Source: Eledone cirrhosa (taxonomy: Eukaryota). From it: a stretch of 64,000 bases of DNA. Made by a program: the position numbers and the translations under genes. This document shows, in pieces, positions 52,741 through 64,000 of the stretch. The notes under the pieces were generated by a model. That model was not told the DNA's origin. It searched no databases and was given only the letters and a program-made list of their open reading frames with translations. The stretch is taken from the NCBI GenBank assembly GCA_964016885.1, contig CAXHJY010000102.1:19182-83181 (forward strand), written 5' to 3'. How positions within the stretch are numbered: the stretch's first letter is position 1; each line of letters opens with the position of its first letter.

Positions 52741-54729
52741 AGCCATTTTTCAAATGAATAATTTAGGCAGTACTAAGACTATATAAGAACAAGGGAAGGG
52801 GAGAGGAGGTGGGTGTAAGTAATGTATTATTATTTTTTAAATGCTTTCTTACATTGGCGTGGAACTAAAAATTTAGAGAGAAGTTGTCTTGACAATTGGA
52901 TCAATCCCTTTACATACCTAGCACATATTTTGACAACGCTAAGAATAGGGGTGGAAGTGACGTGTAAACTCTATCCCCGTGCTGGCTCTGGTTCTATGAA
53001 ACAAAACCACACATTTTGAAAAGTCCCTAATTAAATTAAAATCTTCCAACATAATTTGGGATAAGAACTTTTTGGTAAATTATATTACAAATACTATCTT
53101 AATAATGAAATAATTATTTTAGTAAAGCTCTCCAAATTCTTCACTAATTAATTCAAATACAGTGTACTTCATTAGAAATATGATAATAAAAGGGTTAACT
53201 AACAATAAAGACTTAAATTTAATTAATTCAAAAACAGTGTATTTCGTTAGAAATATGGTTATGAAAGGGTTAATCATATGTATCACTGTTTACTATTTTA
53301 TAATGTCAAAACAAATTGCCTCTCAATGACCCTGGAGCAAAATGTTGATTGTTACAGAAGAGTTAATATAATCAATTAATTCAAAAGCTGTTTATAAATA
53401 GCCATTATACCATACAAAAATATGAGGCAAAAAAACTAAATTCTTTAATGTTCTCTATTGTTTGCCATCTACAAGATTAGGATTGTAGTTGCCATTGTAT
53501 GTATAAATACTTTGACATAAATAATGAAGTGAGAACAAGATAAATTGAAGTCAACAAGATGAATAAATGTAAGATTACAAACCTTAAGAACACAGATAGC
53601 CAAATGGGTGGGATACTACACAACCAGCTGAAATGTCAGCACTTTACATTATGTTACCAGTGTTAGTATAACATACTGATATAAGCAGCAATAGCACTGT
53701 GGGATTGACAAGTGATTTGTTGCCTTATAGTACCAAGCAGGATTCCTCCAGTGCAAAATGTGCTTCATCCGTTCAACTCTAGAGAATTAGAGATAAGCAG
53801 CAGACCTCTGGGTGTCATAGTGACCCAGCCAGACAGTAAGAAACTACTGTTGTAAATAAAGCTATAAGAGATAAGATGTAACTCTGTAAATCTGTAAACA
53901 GAGGGAAAAGAAAATAGAGATTAAGCAGAAACCTAAATGTTTTGTATATCTAGTTAGGAAAGAAGCAAAAAGCAGAAGGATTGTCAGTGTTCATAGAAAT
54001 GAGATGTGAGAAAATATTTTGAATTGCTCCATGTACAGACAAATGATGCACATGGACAATGACTGATGAGTAAAGAAATGCCAGTGGAAGGAAGCCGCAG
54101 TAGCGGTAGACTGAGAAAATAATTGGGCAGAAGTGGTAAGAGCTAATCTCAAATGGCTGAGGCTAACAGAGATGACGAAAAAACACAGCAAGTGGAGAGA
54201 TGCTGTGTTGAGAAGGACTTGTCCAACCCATGCAAATGTGGAAAAATGGACATAAAAACAATGATGATGATGGTGATGATGATGATGATGATGCTCTGCT
54301 ATTTATCAAAATAATTAGTGAGAAGTGTTACCAAAAGGATGTGTACAATTGCTTTCAATGATCAAAAGTACCACTATAAAAGGTTGCTAAAAACCAAGTA
54401 TTCAGTTTGATAGATTGAGCAATAGAAAAATAATATGTTAGAATGCAGCCAAACCTTCAAGAATAGTTACTGAAAAATAGCTTAGAGGTCAGACTTGTCA
54501 ATTGCTTAACTATACAAATTATGCAAGGTATTCCTAAATAGTGTTTTACCAGCCCCACTGTCAACATCTACAAATGAAAAGGAGATATTTAAGAGAGAAA
54601 ATTACAGAAGTTTCAAGCTAATGGATCGTGTTGAACTCACAAATGGCTTGCTTCTGGTGTAATAGCTGCAAGTGAAATATTTCAGTCAATTAAGAGAAGG
54701 CTTCTGATAAGTTTCATCTTTATATTCTA

Positions 54730-55720
54730 CTCACTCAGGCCTTTTGTCACATATAGGACATAAGACATCCATGATTTTCCTCCACTCATTCCTGTACTGA
54801 GATTTCTTTCCCAGTTGCCCCTAGCTCCAGCAAGACCTTCTCACTTCATTCTCCAAGTTGTGTCCCCAGAAGTTCCTTTTGCCGTAGCGAGTCCCAGCAA
54901 AGGGACTACCTGATGACATTGTGCTGGAGCCTTCTAAGGGTGTATCCAATCCAGCACCTCTTTCTTTGTATCATCTCCCTGTCAACAGGAGTCTGCTGGG
55001 TTTGTTCCTATAAAGCTATGTTACTGATTTTCTTTGACCAATGGATTCTGAATATCTTCCTAAGGTAGTGGTTCATGAAGATCTAGATCTTCTTTAAGGT
55101 GATTTTCACATACCACCATGTACCTCAGCCCCATACAATAGGATTGATTTTATGTTTGAATTGAAGATGTAAAGTTTAGTGTTCCTGGGGGCTGAGCCTT
55201 GACTTCCAGATTTTATTTAGCAAGAGGAATATCATTTGTGTTTTGCTAGTCCTAGATTTCATGTCAACATCAATGCCACATATCTGGTCTATGATGCTGC
55301 CCAAGTACGTAAAGTTTACCATTCCTTCAAGTGGATTATCCTTAATGTGTACTGGCTCTTCTGTGGTAGCATTGAGTTTCATAGTTTCATAACCTTGGTC
55401 TAGTCAATGCGAGTGGTCATCATTTGCTTCTCAATCAGACTATGAGACAGCTTTACAAGGTCATCAAGCTGGTTTCACATGGTCCATTGAATTCTGGTCC
55501 TGCTTGTTATGGTGGTCTTCATTATCTAATTAATGACAAACAAGAACATGAGATAAGAAACATTTGACAGATTTTGGTTTCCACTGTGAAATTCCTTGTC
55601 AATCGTCTATCATGGGGGAACCCTGCAGGACATGCCCTCCATATGATCTTTGTACAATGTACATCCAGGCAGGAATTCAGTGATTTTATTTTAGCCTTTC
55701 CAAAGTAACTGGCGGAAAAC
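54730..55720 (-). mobile_element. Degenerate LINE of a different RTE subfamily
   Basis: PLEGMVNFTYLGSIIDQICGIDVDMKSR...LNKIWKS plus 3' remnants (WIGYTLR, ALCP). Confidence 0.8.
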
Positions 55721-56249
55721 TTTCTCAGTAAAAAACAAACAGCAGCATTATTCTACACTAATTTTAGCAATTGCTGATATCTCCTTTCTTTAGGAACTTC
55801 ACAAGGTAACCTTCTTTCCAGCCTGTGGGGAATTCATCTATACTCCAAATTTTATGAAAGAGCAGTACTGTAGTATCTGTTTTGTGGCCTTGGGTTGTCC
55901 TTGAGAGCTTCTTTGTAGATGTCATTTTGTTTTGAGGCTTTGTTGTTCTTTAGACACACATATATATCATCATCATTGTCTCCATTTTACATCTGCTTTA
56001 CCATGCTTGTATGGGTTTGATAGTTCTTTTTTCAACACAGCATCCCTTCACTTGTGACATTCCTTCATCATCTAATCTGTCACTTTCAGGATTTGGAGAT
56101 CAACTCTCACCATCTCTGCTCAGGTCTTCCTTGGCTTTCCTCTACTGTGGCTTCCTTCCACTGGGAATCATCCATGCACATCGCATGTCCAATCATCTCT
56201 TTCACACTACATCTGATTCCTACACAAATATTTATATGTATGTATCTAC

Positions 56250-56636
56250 CATCATCATCATCATCATCATCATTTTACGTCTGCTTTTCCCTGCTTGCAA
56301 GGGTGGGACGGGAACTAATTCTGGCTTCATTTCTACAGCTGGATGCCCTTCCTAACACCAAAATCATTTACAGTGAGTGCTGGGTGCTTTTTTTCCGTGG
56401 TGCCTACATGTCCACTTTACAGTGTGAGCTGGGTGCTTTTTTGCCGTGGCACCGCCACGACCACTTTACAGTGGAATGATAGGGGCCCCAGTCCTATCAT
56501 CTTATTTCTACAGCTGAGTAAACTGGAGCAATGTGAAATAAAGTGTCTTGCTCAAGGAAACAACACATCACCCAGTCTGAGAATTGAACTCACAACCTTT
56601 CGATTACAAGGCCAATGCTCTAACCACTAAGCCATG
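56250..56636 (-). mobile_element. tRNA/CORE SINE with two 47-bp modules and RTE tail
   Basis: Same architecture as 27662-27990. Confidence 0.85.
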
Positions 56637-58992
56637 TATGTATATATGTATGTGTGTATGTTTTTATGTATGTATGTATACATATATACATACATATACA
56701 CATACATACATACATACATGATGATGATGATGGCTGCCCCCTCGTTATCGAGTATGGCCATTGCACAATATACCATTATTAATTAATTCTATCGTGCAAT
56801 GCCTGTGCATGAAGATATTTTTTAAAGTGAGGAAAGACTGTGCACTGAGCCAATCCCACTCTCTGAACAACAGTAGCTATAACCCGAAAAGAAGAAAAGA
56901 TCAACATCATCGGTAACTACTGAGCCGCAGGTTTTATATTGGAGTTATCCCAGTTTCCTGAGTTGCTTTCTCCTAGAAGAATGCCCTGACAAAGGCTAGG
57001 GGTCCTTCACTCCAAGTGGTTTAACCGCGCGATCGGGTATCCAGCCTGACTATTTCTATGTCCCTGTGCATATATACACACACATGCACCCATGTATATA
57101 CACATATACATGTACATATGTACATGTGTATATACATATTTACACACTTTTGGATGGCCGTTAACTCTTATGAGTTTTTCCGCCCTTTGTCAGGTTTTGT
57201 TTTTTGTCCTGCATGGTGTCCAAAATCACCTTCCTCAGCAAGTAAACTTAGTGGGGTTGTTGGTTTAGTCGCCGACGACCCAACCATGCAGCAGTTTGTA
57301 CTGGGTTACATGTTACAAATACATACATACACTGCCAGCATCTCAGTTTCGAGAAATGCTATCCCTTGATCTTTTTCTCATACATGGGTGGCATGAACAT
57401 AAAGACCCAGAATCCTTTCTGCATATGCTGCAGCAAAAGAAAAAAAGAAATGGCTATGCTCACGCAACACACACATGAAAGTCGTTTAGATCAAATGATA
57501 CCTGTGCTTGAAGCTTTTTAAGTGAAGAAAGGCCTTGCACTGGACCAATTCCACTCTCTGATCAATGGTGACAGGTATCCAAAAAGAAGAACAGGTCTAC
57601 ATCATTGGCTGCCATTGAGTCACAAGTTTAACATCAGAGTTTTCCTTCTAGAATGATGCTCTGACAAAAACTAGGGGTCTCTCACTCTTGGTGGGCTAAC
57701 CACATGCTTGGGCATCAAACCAAGTATTTCCATACATACATATATATGTCTATGTGAGTGTTTAAGTTTAGATTTATTAATACTGGCCTAAAAACCAATG
57801 TTGTCTATGTTCAGTCTTATAACTTAATGGTTCAGCAAAATAAAGATCATATCTAGTATTATTTTAATTTTCATCTTAACATTGAACATTAATTAGTTCC
57901 AGCCCGAGAGAGCAGGGGAGGGGTGGGGGGAGAGGAGGGAGTGGACAACACCGCTATCAGAAGCAGAATGAGATGATTTCTCACAGCCTTTTGGTAACGG
58001 CCATTTAGTATGGCTGTCTTGTTGCCAAACCTATTTTGGCACCAACCCATTTGGCAACAGACATTTTGGCACCAGGAAATAACATGTTTGATTAATTTAT
58101 TCTTCAAAGATACAAGTGTATAGAGATATAAAATAATAATTCACCTTTATATATAACAAAACTGTAACTTTATTTATATACCTGAAGAGCCTTGTTCATT
58201 TGGTAATAATGAACAAGGTTCTTCAGGTATTCAAAAGTATCCATATTTTCACAACTATATACAATTTCATGCATTCTTTTATTTGTGTCTCTATACCTTT
58301 TAGTTTCTGCAATGGTATATGTCTAACTAGTAAACATTCATAATATACATCTCTACCTATTTTTATCAATATATGACATATTAGCCTTCAAATATTTGGT
58401 ACTATATCAAAAATATAATAATTGGGTGGTCCAATATCCTTGAGGACTTTGGTGAAAGCAATATTGTTGCACTTGACATCAGCTAATCCTTTGACTGAGT
58501 CTGAAATGAGATACTCCTATTTTGTCTGCTTATGACATCCATTTGTTTTGTATTCCTTGCATTCATTCAGACTACAGTATTGCTGTGTGTACCAATGAAG
58601 TGGAAAATAGACATTAAACGATGAGCATCATCATTATCATGTTTCTCAATAAATAAACTCAATTGACTTTAGTTCTGTCCATCAATGATGGTTTTGCTTC
58701 ATTCTTTGGTCTATGAAAAAGCATTGTATGGAAAGAATGACTTTTTACCATGTAAAAGTATGTATAATTTCTTATTATTTGTTGTATATATGTGTACAAA
58801 ATGCTATGTGTTTCTCAAATGCTTCTTTCGCTCTACATATATCTTATATATAAAGAGTGCTCTTTATATCTCATGTCTATATATATACATATATATATAT
58901 ATCTTATATATATATATATAATATATATATATATATCTTATATATATATATAAATATATATATATATCTTATATATATATATTATATATATA

Positions 58993-59090
<98 letters not shown>

Positions 59091-59194
59091 ATAAGTATTG
59101 AAATTTCAGTTGGAAACAGAAAAGGTCATAGAAATGAAGAGTGCTCTATGTAAATATCAGAGCAAAATTTAATGTATAAAATCAATACAATATA

Positions 59195-59272
59195 ATTACC
59201 TCATTACCAGAGGTTTCCCGAATGAGGCGAATACGAAATAAACGACTTCATTCGTTCGTCAGACGAGGCAAT
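59195..59272 (-). ncRNA. Type-I hammerhead ribozyme at 3' end of the Penelope pLTR
   Basis: Reverse complement of the 61921-61997 motif with one extra base; sense to the GIY-YIG ORF. Confidence 0.72.
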
Positions 59273-60063
59273 ATAAAACATGGGCAAATACTTAGAAAAA
59301 CACATCAAGAAAATCAAAAAAAAAAATTATATAGATAAATGAAATAGAAATTGAAATATATAAAAATCTATTAAGAAAAATAGTTAGGTGTGTGTATGTG
59401 TATGTATATACGCTCATAGATGTGCATATATGTATATGTGCACGTGTAAATGTATGGTTAGAAAGTGTGCGTAATTATAAAAATTTAGGGCAAATGTATC
59501 TATATGTCTGTATTATACAGACGGAAATGGTTACTTCGTAAAAATAAGAAAATAAAGTCGCGCGCATAAAAACGCCTGGACACTCGTACACTTAGATGCG
59601 GAAAGAAAGGAGATAAAGAGAGTATAATAAATAAAAGAAAAGTATCTATTACGATATATTTATAAAAATATAGTAACGATAAATTAGAAAGACAAGATAG
59701 AAAGAAAAAATTAAAGAAAACAAAAAAAGCGGGGGTACATACATACACAGACACGCGTGTCTCACAAAAGAAATGTAATTATGCTTATATACATACGCGC
59801 ACTTACACTTCCATACGTTCGATACGTACATACACACACACACACACACATACTTATACTCGCGCATATAAACCTGTTTGCATGCCCATGTATGAAACTG
59901 GGTAAGTAACAAAAGAGGGAATGGGGGGTGGGGGAGAAGAAAAAGGAAACAAAAAAATATAAAACCGAAATGTCAAAAACACGGATATAAAGACACTTAC
60001 ACATACGCATAATATATACATACACACACACACAAACACCTGTACACACACACATACATACAC

Positions 60064-60112
<49 letters not shown>

Positions 60113-60517
60113 CATGCACGCACGCGCGCGCACATACGTAGTCACTCATGTACATATATCAAAAAAGTATACACACATTAAGGCGTTCAGCCATATTGAA
60201 ATGTGGATAAATAAATACAAATATAAAATTGTAGGATAGGCTGCGCAAAAATAAAATAAAAATAAAAATGAAAAATATATCTGGATTGAAAAACACAAAA
60301 GACAAGTGTAATCAGTTAGTAGAGGAACAAGGGAAGTAAAAGAAGGGGAAGTAAAAAATAGAAAATAGGAAGTGGATCGGAGAATAAGGGGGGGGGGGGG
60401 GGGGGTGAAGTAAAAATAAATAAAAAAATAAATAAAAGTGAAAATAAATGAAATTATTGACAAGGATAAGAATGAAAGTAAGTCAGAAAGGGTAATTAAA
60501 AAGAGAATAATCAGAGT

Positions 60518-61148
60518 TTATGGAGGATAAGTGTCTGAAAGTGTGTTAAGTTTATATGAGCTGGAAAGCAGGTGTGATTTCATGTGTGGGCAACTGGTAA
60601 AAATTTCCGTCTTTGTGTTCAGGCAGGTCTTTGGTGATTTGAGATTTTGCAATATCCAAAACTTTTCATTTATGCAGAGCGTGCATTTTCTTGTTCCTCT
60701 AGCATATTTTTTAGATTGGTTCAAAATTGACCAATCTAGTTTATATTGGATGCCTTGGTCTTTCAAATCCCAGATTCTGCTAGCCAGAGCTGTTGTAAAT
60801 CTTTTTTCTGGATGTCGAAAGGATGCGACATGTGAGTAATAACGCGTTTTGAATCTGTCTTGCGTCATACCCACATATCGTTCACTGGTGACTGGATGGT
60901 TGTTGCTGATAGTTGTCACATTAGCCGCATATACAATGGCTTTGGTGTTGCATTTACCTTGTAATGGGCATTCACTTTTGATTCCACAGGAGCAAGTTTG
61001 ATTTTCTCTAGGTGATGTTTTGTTGAAGATATAGGACTTAATAGGGGGACCGCAGGAATAGCTAATTTTAACACAGTTTCTGTTATCTGTTAAAGATCTT
61101 ATAGTATCTATGTGTTCTAGGGAAATGTTTATCTAGGAGTTCTAGGAA
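60518..61148 (-). pseudogene. Penelope GIY-YIG endonuclease region (linker, GIY-YIG, C-terminal Cys/His motif)
   Basis: FLELLDKHFPRTHRYYKIFNR / (7-bp duplication frameshift near 61085) NRNCVKISYSC...CSC...CPLQGKC...AIVYAANV...YVGMTQDRFKTRYYSH...CTLCINEK...LNTKTEIFTSCPH. Confidence 0.9.
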
Positions 61149-61920
61149 TTGGTGTACTGGTGTTTGTGTGTGTGGTGTATATTATGCGTATGTGTAAGTG
61201 TCTTTATATCCGTGTTTTTGACATTTCGGTTTTATATTTTTTTGTTTCTTTTTTCTTCTCCCCCCCCCCCCCCCATTCCCTCTTTTGTTACTTACCCAGT
61301 TTCATACATGGGCATGCAAACAGGTTTATATGCGCGAGTATAAGTATGTGTGTGTGTGTGTGTGTGTACGTATCGAACGTATGGAAGTGTAAGTGCGCGT
61401 ATGTATATAAGCATAATTACATTTCTTTTGTGAGACACGCGTGTCTGTGTATGTATGTACCCCCGCTTTTTTTGTTTTCTTTAATTTTTTCTTTCTATCT
61501 TGTCTTTCTAATTTATCGTTACTATATTTTTATAAATATATCGTAATAGATACTTTTCTTTTATTTATTATACTCTCTTTATCTCCTTTCTTTCCGCATC
61601 TAAGTGTACGAGTGTCCAGGCGTTTTTATGCGCGCGACTTTATTTTCTTATTTTTACGAAGTAACATTTCCGTCTGTATAATACAGACATATAGATACAT
61701 TTGCCCTAAATTTTTATAATTACGCACACTTTCTAACCATACATTTACACGTGCACATATACATATATGCACATCTATGAGCGTATATACATACACATAC
61801 ACACACCTAACTATTTTTCTTGATAGATTTTTATATATTTCAATTTCTATTTCATTTATCTATATAATTTTTTTTTTGATTTTCTTGATGTGTTTTTCTA
61901 AGTATTTGCCCATGTTTTAT

Positions 61921-61997
61921 ATTGCCTCGTCTGACGAACGAATGAGTCGTTTATTTCGTATTCGCCTCATTCGGGAAACCTCTGGTAATGAGGTAAT
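61921..61997 (+). ncRNA. Type-I hammerhead ribozyme in the inverted pLTR
   Basis: Stem I attgcctcgt/atgaggtaat, CTGACGA, stem II cgaatgag/ctcattcg, GAAA, stem III ACC-tct-GGT, GUA triplet at 61985-61987. The pair at the base of stem II is non-canonical (A.G). Confidence 0.75.
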
Positions 61998-62039
61998 TAT
62001 ATTGTATTGATTTTATTATATTATATATATATTTATGAA

Positions 62040-64000
62040 AATAAACCAAAGAAGCCTTCAATACATCAAAAGTCTTTATTAGCCAACAATGTTTCGTCCT
62101 ATTAAGGACTCATCAGGGCAATTAAAGCTATAAGAAGCACTATCGGCCAATACAAGCCAAAAAATCAGAAGAATATGGAGTGTACATACATTAAAGCATA
62201 GAAAAATTATCGAGTAAAAATTATCAAGTAAAAATTGCTAAGGAAGTGAATAACATTTTGAAACATATTACAAATATAGTACAATGCAAAAAACTAAAGC
62301 TAAACAAAGGTGGTGATATAGAGCGGGAATTATTGTACTATATATAATATAATATAATTGATAATGATAATAATAATAATATTAAAAGGCCCAATATACA
62401 AATATATATATATATATACATATGTACACACATATACATATATATCAATACACATTTCCATCAATACAAGCGCAACCAACACTTATTAAGAGTTTAAATA
62501 TAAATAAAAATAAAAATATAATACATATATTATTTACAGTATAAAATGAAGAAGAAATGAGTAAAAGTAAACATATAATATATAATATACTATATAATTA
62601 TATAATTAATAATCTCCGGTTAATTTGCACAAACAATATAAATGTTACAATAACACTATAATAACAATATTATAATATATTGGCATATAGCTTAACAAAT
62701 CATATAGAGTTACAGACAGGGTGAGAAAAAATATCATACAGAACTAAATTATGTTGGAAAAATTGTGCTGGAAAAATATCAATACCATTGCAAGAAAACA
62801 GATGGAGGTCAAGTTTTTATGCAATTGGTATAAATAAATATTATCCAAACATTACAAAAATTATAAAAATATAAAAATATAAACATATTACAGAATTTAC
62901 AAAATTTAACATAATGGTACATTTAATAATCGGTAAATAATTAAGATCAATAGTACGTTTACAAAGAGTGGAATGATATAACAACTTCAATATCAAATAA
63001 TGAACATAGTATAATATACATAATTACGAGGTTGGTGGACAGACATTTGTGAATAAGTGAATAAGAACCAGACAGAAAACTACGCACGGTAGTATAAATA
63101 TATAAATAAAATCAACCGGAAATCGAAAAACAAAAACAAAAGTATTTACTTAGGTGTCACATGCGGTTAAGTAAACAAATTAGGAAACAAACCCGGATAA
63201 ATGACTAGAAAAACCCTATTAAATTAATTAATATTGAAAGTATTAAAATACATAATAAGTCAATACAAAATTAGCTATGGTTTAAGTAATCAAAATCTCC
63301 AAAGTTCAAGATATTTCAATAAAAATATTCTACTATCAGTTGAATAACGTTATCTAATAAACGGACTTTAAATAGAATTATGGTAGGCCAATGGGATAGA
63401 AAAGAGAAATGTATGGAGGATACGAATGAGCATAAAATCATAATCAATATACTGTATTATACAATAGAAAGGAGCATAAAGGGTAATTGAATATAATTAT
63501 AGTATAATTGAAGGGGCGAATGACAAGTGTGTGTGTGTGGGGGGGGGGGGGGGGGTTAATTATCTAAAGAAGAATCCAAATAAAATAAAATAAAATAATA
63601 TAAAATAAAATATATAATCAGATATAAACTCATAAGGTGTTAATAGTGAAAATATAATATTTAAGAAGATAGATATGGTATGGTAGCCAAAAGACTATGA
63701 AAGCTAGATTGAAAACCAATAATAATAATGATGGTGGTAAACAAAATGAACCTAAACTAAAAAGATAAGGGAATATAGCAGCTAATGGATACAATTTACA
63801 CTACCAGAACCTTTAGGTTTATAATAAAAGTAAGAATTTGAAATGGCGTGGGGGCAAGAAGAGAATATCTCAGACTTTCTATTAAGTAAGGTTTCCCTAG
63901 AGAAAATTATAGAGTGGGTCTCAAGGATACAGAGATTACAAAATTTAGTATGTGTTGATAGGTTATTAGAGCGTGCTACTATTCGCCAATTAAGGCTATA
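62040..64000 (-). mobile_element. Second Penelope-like element (ORF end at 63782, ~1.7-kb AT-rich 3' region, HHR); runs off the window
   Basis: 64000-63782 reads YSLNWRIVARSNNLSTHTKFCNLCILETHSIIFSRETLLNRKSEIFSSCPH...*, homologous to the end of the 60518 ORF. Not in the ORF track. Confidence 0.85.
62074..62127 (-). ncRNA. Type-I hammerhead ribozyme with intact core at the 3' end of a second Penelope-like element
   Basis: ctttaattgcc-CTGATGA-GTCCT-taat-AGGAC-GAAAC-att-GTT-ggctaataaag; canonical G-C pair at the base of stem II. Confidence 0.85.

Larger units (their letters stand above)
59176..62016 (-). mobile_element. Penelope-like element (probably Nematis-type), 5'-truncated, with inverted pseudo-LTRs
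   Basis: Arms 59176-~60047 and ~61152-62016 are near-identical inverted copies with an HHR at each outer end. They flank a GIY-YIG remnant and sit between (TA)n tracts. Confidence 0.92.

Noticed and set aside
60518-60919. GIY-YIG ORF as a homing endonuclease or host SLX1/ANKLE-type gene
   Set aside because: Upstream FNRNxVKxSYSC linker, pLTRs and HHRs identify it as a Penelope-like element fragment.

Overview
AT-rich, repeat-dense eukaryotic genomic DNA. Its RTE LINEs, tRNA-derived CORE and Deu/Nin SINEs, TTAA MITEs and (TA)n/(CAT)n tracts suggest an octopod cephalopod; this is an inference. One host gene is present on the minus strand: a MICAL-like (CH-LIM) gene. Five coding exons join in phase at 22890-22742, 17934-17886, 14736-14598, 11265-11135 and 9740-7389. 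Its C-terminal exons were not found, and a possible non-coding first exon/promoter lies near 51.7-52 kb. The protein appears to keep only half a LIM domain and has 14 tandem K(E/K)PLAPSP repeats. The rest is mobile DNA: two near-identical RTE copies, older RTE fragments, a CRE-type fragment, SINEs sharing the RTE 3' tail, piggyBac-type MITEs (one nested in another), and two GIY-YIG Penelope-like elements with hammerhead ribozymes (HHR), one with ~870-bp inverted pseudo-LTRs. The most unusual pattern is a set of fold-back palindromes, mostly beside (TA)n tracts, whose axis coincides with stem II of Penelope-type hammerheads. All coordinates were read by eye; repeat boundaries are approximate.
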